From Diplonema japonicum (Eukaryota; Protista; Euglenozoa: Diplonemea): 64,000 bases of DNA. The position numbers and the translations under genes were made by a program. Of this stretch, positions 20,657-30,798 are shown one piece after another. The notes beneath the pieces were generated by a model, which ran no database searches, was not told where the DNA came from, and was given only the letters and a program-made list of their open reading frames with translations. Each line of letters begins with the position of its first letter. Within the stretch, counting starts at the first letter, position 1. The stretch is from assembly GCA_964019335.1 (NCBI GenBank), contig OZ025652.1, forward strand, positions 248,001 to 312,000. Direction: 5' to 3'.

Positions 20657-20751
20657 ATCATTTTCTCCCTGCTTATGAAATATTCCATCTTTACAAGTTG
20701 GGAAAGAAGAGCCTTGAAGTCATGTTTTTGGAGAATCGCTTAAACAATAAT

Positions 20752-23265
20752 CTACTCCGCCTTGCTGGACAAAGATGCGAAACCATGAAGGAGATAGCAC
20801 GTGTTCCTTCTGTTCTTGTAGTCGCTCATCTCAACAGGGTACGTTTTTGGGAGACGGAGACAGACTACTGAAGCACTGGGAAGTGCGATGGGGGAATCCC
20901 CTTTGACTAGCTCGTGTAGGGCCTGTGATGTGTGCATGGGGTGAGTGCAGCATACCTCATCTGTGTCAGTTGAGTGACACAAATCCCTTTTCAGTTGCTT
21001 CTCGCTTCTGTCTTTGCTCGTCCGGAAGAACGCGAACACAGGGTTCACATTCCACACAGCATCGCTGCTATCAGTGATGAAGTAGATGCGGAGAAGCTGC
21101 GAAATGTTCTCCCTGTTCCTCCTCTCCCTTTCGTTGAGCCCTGGTGGACTAAGCGCGAACAGTGGTATGTCACAAGCAGGCAGCGCAGCACCAGGGTGGT
21201 CGTCGGGCGTCAGTATCGAGTGCATGCTGGGCTCCGCCGCCCACCTCACCCCGCTTAGCAAGCATGCGTACTCCAGCATCACATAAAGCGTAGGGTGTAA
21301 CGGCTGCAGCGTTTTCGTGATGGTTTCCTTCATCTTTATCTGCAACTCGCCCTTCTTTTTCCTCGACCGTTTCCCGTCTCTCTTCCGTGCACCTTCTTGC
21401 TGCACCCTTGCAGGCAGTGACAACACAGAGTCCACTGCATCGAACAGCGTGTCCCCCACCACAGCACACCCTGCCAGCCTGTCACCAGTCTGCTGCGGTG
21501 ATTCTTCTCTCTCGTAATCCACGTATCTAGGCTTAGGTCCGTTATCACACACACATAAATAGACCCCTGTTCCTGATACCTTACCAACTACCTTCTGCAC
21601 GCCGCCTCTAAAGGTAGGTCTTGGTGGTTTATTCTTGTGAGGGAGTAACGATTCAAAGTACTCGCCAGCACTGTGCACGTTGAGGCCGGGCCTTGTCGCA
21701 GTGGGCGGTGTTGTAAGAGGCTCTGTGATACCTGTGATAGGCGGGCTGTATGAGTTATGAGAGGAGAAGGGCAAGTCGTTGGTGATCACAACGTAGGTGA
21801 CGTTCACAAGGTTCTGGTCGGCCACCTGCGTGCTGTGCAGTGACATGAACATTGCGTGCGACGAGTCCTTCAGCGTCACCTCGTGGTCGTCACGCTCATC
21901 GAGTGGCACGTGCACGATGGCAGTGCCACACGTCGATATCACAGGCCTCACCTGCTTGGGCGTCTTTTCCCCCTTGTTTTGTGTCACCTTGTCGCCCTCA
22001 TCGTCGTAGCGTGTCCTGTTCGAAGGCTCCTGTTGGCTCTCCTGCGTCCCTTGCCACGTTCGTTCAAAATCCTTCCGTAACTGTATCTTCAGCTCCTTCC
22101 GCAGTGGCCCTAGTGCGTACCTGCTATAAGTGGCAACCGACTGCTGCCACTGATGCTGCTTTGCTGCAGGGTCCTGTAGGACATCACGGCTGGCCCGCCC
22201 GAGAAACTGCTGCAGGTTCTCTAAAGCAACATGACTCGCATAACAGCTGCGTGAGTAAGAGTATTTAAAGAGCGGGTTGATCATGGGGTGCAGGCGTGCA
22301 AAAACATGTGCCTCGTTGCTCTTCTTGTCCAGCCGGAGAAGGGTGCTGATGATGGGGAGCTCGCGCATCCATGTTGCCGCGCTTGGGAGGACGTAGCGTT
22401 TACCACCAGTTACCATCTGGCGAAGGATGTACTGCGCTTGGCGTGAGATGAAGTCGGAGATGTTCTGCGCTTGCGAGGCTGTGGTGGAGGGGTCGTGTGC
22501 GTGGCGTGGGTGGTCGATCATGAAGGCACAACCCTGTGGGTCCAGCATCACAATAGGTGTGTCGAGACCGTCGCGATCAGCAGCAGTTCCCGAGAGACGG
22601 GCAGCTTTGAGAAGAAGACGAAGCTGCTGCTCCAACGCATGCTCGGAGAGGGTTTGGGTGGGCTTCTTCGTGTACACGAAGGCGGCAATAGGAAGCACGC
22701 GGCCTGGAGAGAATTGGGTCCCAGACAAGGCATCACGTGCCCTCGATCGCGTCAAGTCGAGAATGGACTGAGTGAGACCTGACCGGATAGTCTGTGTCAG
22801 CCGCATGATACGGAAGAGAGAAAGATCGACTTGGACCTGTCCCTGCGGGTGGATGAACAGCACTACATGACACACCATAAGCAGCAGTGTGAGGTTAAGA
22901 GTATACTGGATCTGACGGTCTTCAAGATAGTCTGTGACAGTCTCGGCAGTGATGTCAGAGGCACGGTGCCCCCCCATTATGTTTTGCGGTAACATGCTTC
23001 CAGCCGGTAAATACATGTAGATTCTCGACTGGTCTACCATGTGTGCGGTCTGTACTTCTGCAGGCCCTACTTCATCTCTAAAGACGTTGTTCCGAACTAC
23101 TACGTTGGCGAGGTCGGCACAGCCTTCCCCTAACCCAACCACACCCACTACCATTACTGAGCCGTCCATGCCTTCTTGTATGTGCTGTTGTTCTTCATGT
23201 TGCTTTCTTCCTTTTCCTCCCCAATGTTTCCCTCCACCTCCGCTTCCTCCTCCTCCGTGTTCCAT
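20752..23265 (-). CDS. SMG8: SMG8-like nonsense-mediated decay factor (SMG1 kinase regulator)
   Basis: Ordered motifs match SMG8 as I recall it: VVGVVG, LLLMVCHVVLFIHP, HALEQQLRLLLKAARL, YSRYALGP...DFERTWQG, YVMLEYAC, DIPLFALS, QLLRIYF and LP...VCLRLPKTY. Confidence 0.75.
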   Translation of the reverse strand: MEHGGGGSGGGGKHWGGKGRKQHEEQQHIQEGMDGSVMVVGVVGLGEGCADLANVVVRNNVFRDEVGPAEVQTAHMVDQSRIYMYLPAGSMLPQNIMGGHRASDITAETVTDYLEDRQIQYTLNLTLLLMVCHVVLFIHPQGQVQVDLSLFRIMRLTQTIRSGLTQSILDLTRSRARDALSGTQFSPGRVLPIAAFVYTKKPTQTLSEHALEQQLRLLLKAARLSGTAADRDGLDTPIVMLDPQGCAFMIDHPRHAHDPSTTASQAQNISDFISRQAQYILRQMVTGGKRYVLPSAATWMRELPIISTLLRLDKKSNEAHVFARLHPMINPLFKYSYSRSCYASHVALENLQQFLGRASRDVLQDPAAKQHQWQQSVATYSRYALGPLRKELKIQLRKDFERTWQGTQESQQEPSNRTRYDDEGDKVTQNKGEKTPKQVRPVISTCGTAIVHVPLDERDDHEVTLKDSSHAMFMSLHSTQVADQNLVNVTYVVITNDLPFSSHNSYSPPITGITEPLTTPPTATRPGLNVHSAGEYFESLLPHKNKPPRPTFRGGVQKVVGKVSGTGVYLCVCDNGPKPRYVDYEREESPQQTGDRLAGCAVVGDTLFDAVDSVLSLPARVQQEGARKRDGKRSRKKKGELQIKMKETITKTLQPLHPTLYVMLEYACLLSGVRWAAEPSMHSILTPDDHPGAALPACDIPLFALSPPGLNERERRNRENISQLLRIYFITDSSDAVWNVNPVFAFFRTSKDRSEKQLKRDLCHSTDTDEVCCTHPMHTSQALHELVKGDSPIALPSASVVCLRLPKTYPVEMSDYKNRRNTCYLLHGFASLSSKAE
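20923..20955 (-). other. Predicted 33-nt in-frame, stop-free intron in the SMG8-like gene
   Basis: GAG|GTATGCTGCACTCACCCCATGCACACATCACAG|GCC. Confidence 0.65.
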
Positions 23266-24214
23266 GCTATTCTTTTTTGCCTTCTGTCGTTTCAGTTTCT
23301 TTTTTTTTTTTTTTTTTGGCTCAAGCTTATTTAATTATTTATTTTCGATCCCCTCTTTTTTTCTTTAAGAAGACAGCCCGGCTAGGGGCAAAAAAAAAGA
23401 AAAGAAAAGAAAGAAAAGACAAAAAATAATAATAAAAATTATGGGAATATAAAAAAAAACGAAGAAAAACACTAGGGAAACTATGGGGAAAATAAGGGGT
23501 GGGGTATGTGTGTGAAAAAAGAGAGGCAGGGGCGAAACGGAAAAACAAAAAACCACGAGAAGCTAAAAAAAAGAGGGGGGGGTGAAGGGGAAAATTGAAT
23601 AAAAGAAAAAGCCAGATTTTGTTAAATCACAAACTTGATGGTGGGGAGGGGTTTTTTTATTTATTTTTTTTTAAATTTCTTTTTTTTTCTCTTTACTCTT
23701 TGAAAAAATTCGCTATGATGGGGAAGAAATGTTGTGTAACAACGACCCACGCACTTCGAAAAATTAAGTGATGACTGTACACAGGCAGTTGTGGGCTTTT
23801 ATTTCCTTTTTTTTTTTTTTTTTTTTTTTTTTTGGTCATAATTTTCTTTTCCCAGAAGTTCCTAACCCTTCTGTAAGGAAGAAGAAACTAAAAAAAAGAA
23901 AACAAAAAATACAGGCTAGGACTCAGGCCACTCATTCATTTCTTGGCACCTTTGCAACAACTTACACGGGGAGGGGGGAAAGGAACACCTGCCTTCTTAT
24001 TTTCCCAGAAAAAAAAAAAACGGAAAACAGGGGACTGAAAAAAAAATAACCCCTCGGGCTTCCGTGTACGGCTGCTTACTGGTTCTTTCTCTTCCCTCCC
24101 TATTTCTCTTCTGAAAAAAAAAAAAAGAAATCTATGGAAATCCAATGGAAAAGATGTGAGGAGGGGGGGGGGGAGGGGGGAGGGGGGAGAAAAATCTTGA
24201 ACTTTTTTCCCTTC

Positions 24215-25533
24215 TTACTGGTGCTGGCACGACGCCTGCTGCATGTCGTCCTCACCCATACCCATGTGGTGGAACCCTGCTTGGGGGTGGTGGTGGCCCG
24301 GATGCTTCTTGGCCTTCCTCTTAGGAACGTAAGGGGCAAGGTAACATTCTTCGTGTTCTGCTGTCTTTTCAAGCTCGTCGGGCTTGCCAAGGGCATCTTG
24401 AAGACCCTTAAGCTGGCTTGTGTTCAGCTTCTCGGGGAACTTGACACTGAGGTTGATGACAAGGGAACCCTTCTCACCACCGCCGGTGCCCTTCACAGGC
24501 ATGCCCTCTCGGTCGATCACCCACAGGCGCTGGGGGTCAAGAACCTGACCAGGTCGGGTTTTGATACAAATGTGCCTTCCGTCAAGGTGCTCGATGGGGA
24601 GGTTGAAGCCAGTCAGGGCCTCGTTCAATGTGACCTAATGGGTGGGTGGGTGGGGAGAAAAAGAAAAAAAGAAACACACCTCGTGATCGATGAACAAGTG
24701 GCGCCCACGGCGCTGGAAGAAGGCGTGAGGCTTGTGGCCCAGCACAATGAGGATGTTGCCCGACAGGCGCACTCCGGGTATCTGGTCGCCCTCACCCTCG
24801 AACGCAACGTGGTCGCCCCTCTTCATCCCCTTCTCGATGAAGACCTCGAGGATCTTCCTGTCCTTGACGATCTGCTTCCCGTGGCACGACTTGCACATGA
24901 TGTCCATCGGTATGGTGTACCCCTTCCCTGCACAGTCTCCGCACTGCACTTGCGTCTGCTGCACGAAACCGGGCGCAAGCTCCCTCAGAGCGACGACCGC
25001 TCCCTAGTTATTTTTTTTGGGGGGGGTGTGGGGGCAGCACATACCTTACCCTTGCACTTCATGCATTTGAACGATTCTCGCTCCTTGTTGGTGTCGGGGT
25101 TGATACCGGTGCCCTTGCAGGGTTCGCATAGCCTGTCACGGGTGGCGGCGATCTTGCGGGTTCTGCCTGTGTAGAAGTCTTCCAGCGAGACGGCAAGCTC
25201 ATGGACGATGTCCTTGGGCTTTGGCTCGCCTCTGGGTCTGCCGCCACCGCCGAAGAATCGGCTGAAGATATCAGATGCATCCATGCCGCCATGGCCGCCG
25301 CCGCCCTCTTCGAGACCCTTCTTGCCGTGCTTGTCGTAGATAGATCTCTTTTCGCTATTGCTCAACACTTCGTACGCCTCACCAACAGCCTTGAACTTAT
25401 TCTCACCATCGGGGTCCTTGCATTTGTCCGGGTGGTACTTGAGGGCCATCCTTTTGTAAGCTCTCTTGATTTGGTTCTCATCCGCGTCAACCGCCACGGA
25501 CAGCGTCTCGTAGTACTCGGTCTCCAAAGGCAT
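24215..25533 (-). CDS. dnaJ: Type I DnaJ/Hsp40 (DNAJA/Ydj1-like); exons 25533-25045, 25003-24680 and 24634-24215
   Basis: J domain with HPD, G/F region, CxxCxGxG zinc motifs, C-terminal domain and a CaaX-like CQHQ end. Two GT-AG introns (25004-25044, 41 nt; 24635-24679, 45 nt) join three track ORFs in frame. Confidence 0.95.
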
Positions 25534-26066
25534 CTTCTTTCCCTTTCTTTAGAAAAAAAAATTAGGGGGGGGTAACAGGAGAGAAAAACCAATAAAAAAT
25601 ATAAAATCGTAGTTTTCTTCTTTTTTGCAGGATATCTTTTTTTTTAAAAAAAAAAAGAGGGGTAAGGGGGAGCGGGAGGGGTGTAGAAGGCATCATGCGT
25701 CTCAGGGGCCTTCCCCCCCCCTTGTTGCAAGGAATCACTTGTTGAGGACTTGAAATTAGTCAGAAAGTTTATTGACACATTCCTCAAAAAAAAAATATAC
25801 AAGAATAAAAAAAAAAAGAGGAAAGGGAGGAAAGGGTTTAAAATAAAACCCCCTTTTTCTTTCACCTCCATCTTTTCTCTTTTTATTCTCTTCCCACGAT
25901 CCTTTTTTTTTTTTTCCCGCTCCCTTTTTTTTCTTCTTTTTTTTTCGTTCTTTATTTCCCTTCTAAAACTCTAGCATCGGAAAAAAAAAAAAAAAAAAAA
26001 AACCAAAGAGTAACAACCCTTATTGCAAAACTTCCTCCTTTTTTTTTTTCTTACCATTTTTTTTTT

Positions 26067-26788
26067 TTATCTCTTTTTTTTTTGTTTACCCCGGGCTTCG
26101 CTGCTGGTTTCATCTGCAGCAGGCGAGTTGTAGGTCCGGTCGAGGCGCGCGAGGAAGGAGTCGGGATCAGCCTCCTTTGATTCAGAATCTTCGTCCTCCA
26201 CTGCATGGACCGTTGAGGCAAGGGTGGAGAGAGCTGTACTTACTAGTGCTGTCTCTTTTCGCTGACGCTTTGGACGTGGCGTATCGCATGCCTCGCAATC
26301 ACTGACAGAGTTGGAGTTGTGCAGAGTGCACCTAGTGCAGACCCATATTGAGGATGACGACCGTGAAGTGCTCGACAGCTGTGAGTCGTTCCCCAGCGCT
26401 TCTAACCCAAAGGCTGAAGGGTCGAACACTTCTGTCAGTTCCCTCTCTTCTGCATCATTCACCACCTGCAGCGTTTCTAGTAGCGTCCAGTTTTTCGGAA
26501 AACTCGCCAGCTTCTTACAATCCCTTCCCATGTCCTTCCTGCAATGCGGGCACGACAGCTTTTGTTTCTTCTGCTTGCACCCCAACATGTGAATAATGCA
26601 CTTCTCGCACAAACAGTGCCCACACATTGGCAACACCCTCGGTATCACAGCCTACAAAAGAAGAAAGGGGGAAATAAAAAAAATTTTTTTTTTCTTCTTT
26701 CTTTTCCAAAGTATACCGTCGTGCTGAACTTCTCTAAACAAATCGGGCATTCTGGCATGCCTGTCACAATCTTACCTTCATCTTCCAT
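26067..26788 (-). CDS. RING (C3HC4) E3 ligase with a RanBP2/NZF-type zinc finger; exons 26788-26717 and 26651-26067
   Basis: Exon 1 MEDEGKIVTGMPECPICLEKFSTT, a 65-nt GTATAC...TTGTAG intron (26652-26716) and AVIPRVLPMCGHCLCEKC...CPHCR together complete the RING. WVCTRCTLHNSNSVSDCEACDTPRP is an NZF-like finger. Confidence 0.9.
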
Positions 26789-27331
26789 GACCTAATGGAG
26801 TGGTTGGTGGTGTGTGCATGGCGGGTCACCCCCTTTTTTTTTAAATTTCTTTTTTCTCGTTCCCCTCCCCGGGTTCTTCTTTTTTTTTTTTTTTTTTTTT
26901 TTATTCTTCGTTTTGCAAGAACAAGGGAAAAAAAAAAAAGAAGAATAAAAAACAACAAAGCACAAAACACTGCAAAAAAACCTTCGTGTTAACCCTTATC
27001 AGCCCAGGGGGGGTTGAATTGATTTTTGGATTTTCCCGATTTTGGTCCCTTGTTGGCATGGGTCGGACATGCACGTCTTGAGGTTATGTTTTGGTTCGAG
27101 GTACGCATTTGAAAGATATTGAAATCTGCGCTCATTCCACTAAAGATTCTGTGATTTCGATCAATAAGAAGCCAATGTTCAGGGGTCATGAGTACGTGGC
27201 CCCACAACAGTGATTTCAGCCTTACCAGCACTCAGAAATCTTCCCTTTCGTCCTGTGGTATTCTGCCACTGTCCTTGCACATCTGCCTCAAAACAAAGAT
27301 CTTGAAAATCTGCGTTCATTCCACCAAATGT

Positions 27332-28060
27332 TTAATGTTTTCGAGCCATGGAGGTGCATTGATCGGATGTCGCAAAACCTTGCCCAAACTCTTCGCCCAC
27401 AGGTAAGGTAGATAGGTGCACATCTCGTCTGCCCGACCAAGCAAGGTAGACCAGGCCAGCGTTGTTCCGATACGTCACGCTACCTGCTTCCATGGCACTT
27501 ACATTGGGCAGACCCCGCCTATTTTTGCAAATCGCTCCACAGCAGTGTATCCCCACGCCCTTCAACTCGTGGAAGAGCTGAACACTGCTATACCAGTTGT
27601 CGATATACAAATCATAACCTTTGTTCTCGTATGTGGAGAGGAGCCTTCCCACAACAGTCTTTGGTGTTTCCCTGTAGGTGTCGACCCCACCATCATGTCG
27701 GGGCAGTACCCCGTGCTGCTTTAGTTGAGAATAACCCCATTGATTACGTTCGTCGGGACAAACTGACGGAGGGGTGGTCCACTGACAAATTTTGTTCAGG
27801 GGTCAGAGCCTTCACCCATTTCCCTTTCACGAGATCGATGAACGGGCGGATCAGACGCAGCTTGTCGGTTTCTCTGGCAGCAGGATTGGCAAGTGCAGGT
27901 ACCGCAGGATCACTTTGAACCGGTTCTTCGACATTTCCGACCAATAGTCGGTCAAATCCCCCTTGATAGAGGCTGCTTCTTCCCCCTCCTCCTCCTCTTC
28001 CTCTTCCCCCTGCTCTTCATCATACTCTTTGTCAGAAATAGAGATTCACCAGACTCCTCG
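27332..28060 (-). pseudogene. Fragmented piggyBac (PGBD-type DDD) transposase
   Basis: Across frameshifts: acidic N-terminal tract, DYWSEMSKNRFKVILRYLH, DKLRLIRPF...PEQNLSVD, LRQFVP and GYDLYIDNWYSSVQLFHEL...CGAICKNRRGLP. Confidence 0.88.
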
Positions 28061-28415
28061 GAGATACGGGTGCCTAGTCACCGGCAAACAGGTCTAAAAA
28101 GCCTAAATGAGGCTGGGGGCTGTCCCCAATACGTTCGTTGTGTGCTGACTTGTTGATTTTGATAAGGACCTGCGAGTGACTCAAAAAGAAATTCATAGGG
28201 AAAAAAGTCAAGAGAAAATCAGGAAAATATACCCATATTTTGGGTGTCACCCAAGTATCTCGGTACCCCGTTCTGGGTTGAAGCTATGAAGTTTCAGATG
28301 GATACAAATAGCGCATTTAACGCAGATTTTCCAAATCTTTCCATTCCATTTTTTTTTCCATGGAAACCGGTCCGAGACTCAGGTTTGGATGGACACAGGG
28401 AACAACACCCCCATT

Positions 28416-28437
28416 AACGACTCATATATGAGTCGTT
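28416..28437. repeat. Perfect 22-bp subterminal palindrome of the piggyBac
   Basis: AACGACTCATATATGAGTCGTT, abutting the TIR. Confidence 0.95.
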
Positions 28438-28545
28438 GGGCGGATAAGGGTTAATAAAAAGGAAAAAAAAAACGTGAGATATCCCTATCGAGAGATTTAA
28501 AAAGGATTTAAAAAAAAAAAAAAAAAACAAAGACGATCAAGCATA

Positions 28546-30558
28546 TCAAGCATCTTTAGGCCTTCTGTAATAGAGAGGGAAGTCAGCGATGCTAGAAATA
28601 GGGAACGTGATCCAGCCAGTGGTGGTACGGGGGGTTTGAGACCACCAGTACACCCACTCATCAGCATCAGGAAGGGGAGGGAGGTAGACCTTCCATGACG
28701 TCGCGTTGGACGATGTTATAGGAGAGATAAGCCAGTCCGGCCCGAACATGAACTGCCTTTCAACATCACCTGTCTGACAGACAGCGTCGTTGGGGAACTG
28801 CAGGAACATAGGGCGCATCATGGGAATCCCGGTGTGGACCGTCTCGTTGTTCAGCCTCATCACATAGTCACGTAGGTCCTCACGGAGCATCATGACTGCC
28901 GCAATGGCATCGTAGTGCGTCTTGTCCTTCGCAAGGTTCCACACTTCGTTGTCGCCGTTGGTCTTCCAGCATTGGTCTTCAGGCGGACCGCCTTCTCGGT
29001 GCCCGTGTGTTCTGAATATTGGACAAAAGGCTCCAAACTGGAACCACCTCACGATCAGCTGCTGGAAGTCGGGGTCCTCTGGGTTGCCGTTGACGTAGCC
29101 CCCAATGTCAGTGGTCCACAGCGCCACCCCGGACATCATCGCACCTTGTCCCACCGTCACCGCGTCTGTGAGCTCGTCCCATGTGGACTCGATGTCGCCC
29201 GACCACAGTGCTGCCCCGTTGGACCATGTTCCTGCCCACGCGTTTCTTGATAGAATGAAGAAATCTCCCGGTTTTCTCCCGGCCGCACCCTCCAGCACCT
29301 TTCTGAACCCGCTTGACCAGTACTTCACCCACGCGGGTAGCATCTCACTGTCCAGCCCTGCATGGAAATTCCACTGCCCACCCGAAATATATTTTGTTGC
29401 ATCCGGTTCTGCCTGGTCCATCCAGATGGCTTTGATCCCGTACTTCCCGTACCCGTCGAACCAATGCGCTGCAGTGGCGTCCATGGCAGCAGGGTTTGTG
29501 GGGTCCACTAGAGGATTCCCTGTGGGTGTGTTGTACTCCCAGAAGTTCTCTGGTTTCCCTGTCGCCGTTGAGTTTACAAGGTATCCGTTTGTGAGGTACT
29601 GTTGCCAGTTTGTAGACACGTTCATGCCCACGTAGGGCCACAGCGTCACCATCAGCTCGATGCCCATGCCGCGAAGGTCGTCGACCATCTGCTGCGGGTC
29701 GGGGAAGCATGCAGGGTTGAAGTGCCAGTCACCCATCTGCGGCCAGTGGAACCAGTCTATCACCATCATGGAAATGGGGAGGCCACGAGTGATGTATTCG
29801 CGTGCCACCTCAAGCACTTGAGTTTGGTTTCTATATCTGTCCTTCGATTGGATGAATCCCGACGCCCAGAACGGCAGAGGGATGGCATGCCCTACCGCAT
29901 CTACATACTTGTGAAGCAGCTCTCCGAAATACGGCGTACCTGCTGGGTTCCCTGCCGTGGTCACAACCCAAAAGTCGAGGTTCCGTGTCGAGTCTGCGAC
30001 CCATCTGATCTCTGTTTCTGTGATGTTGACCGTTCCAAGGGAAGGGCTGTTCCACACGAAACCATATCCCCGATCAGAGCAGTACCAAGGAATGGATACA
30101 TCACCGCCTTGAGAATCGCCATAGAAGAGAGAGTCGGCGAAGACCTTTCCGTAGGGGAACTGGTTGAGGCGGAAGTTCTTATGCTCGCCAAGCCCGTAGA
30201 CTCTGTGGGTGTACCCTTTGAAGGCGACTGAAACTTTCGTGTTTCCGGGCCGTGATCCGTTTGTCAGGGCTGAAAACTGCACTCCTGTCCCTTCTAAGAG
30301 GGTCGCCCCATCGGACTTCCGCACAACAGTGACCACACCATTGCTGTCCGCCGTCACTCTGATGTTTCCGTTCTCCAGCATGTTTGCCTCTCCTCCTGCT
30401 ACGTCATCGTCTAGCAACGCCCCGATCAAAGGTCCTGTGATGTGCCCCCCATTGGGTGCAACACGCACGCGTATCCCATCACGTCCCACAGCCTTCAGAT
30501 CCACCACAACAGCACCGCACGTGCACAGCGCGCTCAGCGCGATGAGTCCTTTCAACAT
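28546..30558 (-). CDS. Secreted glycoside hydrolase family 31 (alpha-xylosidase/alpha-glucosidase-like)
   Basis: Signal peptide; YGLGE, VIDWFHW, FPDP, nucleophile WMDQAEP, acid/base WSGD, WTTDIGG, RWFQFGAFCPIFRTHG, PMMRPM and QFMFG motifs. Confidence 0.93.
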   Translation of the reverse strand: MLKGLIALSALCTCGAVVVDLKAVGRDGIRVRVAPNGGHITGPLIGALLDDDVAGGEANMLENGNIRVTADSNGVVTVVRKSDGATLLEGTGVQFSALTNGSRPGNTKVSVAFKGYTHRVYGLGEHKNFRLNQFPYGKVFADSLFYGDSQGGDVSIPWYCSDRGYGFVWNSPSLGTVNITETEIRWVADSTRNLDFWVVTTAGNPAGTPYFGELLHKYVDAVGHAIPLPFWASGFIQSKDRYRNQTQVLEVAREYITRGLPISMMVIDWFHWPQMGDWHFNPACFPDPQQMVDDLRGMGIELMVTLWPYVGMNVSTNWQQYLTNGYLVNSTATGKPENFWEYNTPTGNPLVDPTNPAAMDATAAHWFDGYGKYGIKAIWMDQAEPDATKYISGGQWNFHAGLDSEMLPAWVKYWSSGFRKVLEGAAGRKPGDFFILSRNAWAGTWSNGAALWSGDIESTWDELTDAVTVGQGAMMSGVALWTTDIGGYVNGNPEDPDFQQLIVRWFQFGAFCPIFRTHGHREGGPPEDQCWKTNGDNEVWNLAKDKTHYDAIAAVMMLREDLRDYVMRLNNETVHTGIPMMRPMFLQFPNDAVCQTGDVERQFMFGPDWLISPITSSNATSWKVYLPPLPDADEWVYWWSQTPRTTTGWITFPISSIADFPLYYRRPKDA

Positions 30559-30798
30559 ATCCTCCCTCTGTAGGCAAGGTGTCAGAGAAAGGACAGGTGG
30601 TGGGAATGGAAAAAAAAAAAAATACAGATCGCCTATTCAGAGATTTCTCTAAATAAAATCAACACACTGCATTACTTTCGACGCAAGTTAAGAATACCGA
30701 AGCCCCCCAAGCAAGGGGGGTTTTTTTCTTCTCCGTTTTTTTAGAGCCCTTAAGCAGGAAGAAGACATCGAATACAAAAAAAGAAATCTAAACAACAT

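Larger units (their letters stand above)
26989..28454 (-). mobile_element. Decayed piggyBac DNA transposon (element 26993-28450, TTAA TSDs)
   Basis: TTAA-CCCTTATCAGCCCA ... TGGGCGGATAAGGG-TTAA (TIRs 13/14 identical), enclosing transposase remnants. Confidence 0.92.

Noticed and set aside
24134-25174. 346-aa plus-strand ORF and other long plus-strand ORFs (3041, 11964, 33455, 35115, 42802)
   Set aside because: They are antisense shadows of real minus-strand genes and show no protein-like motifs.
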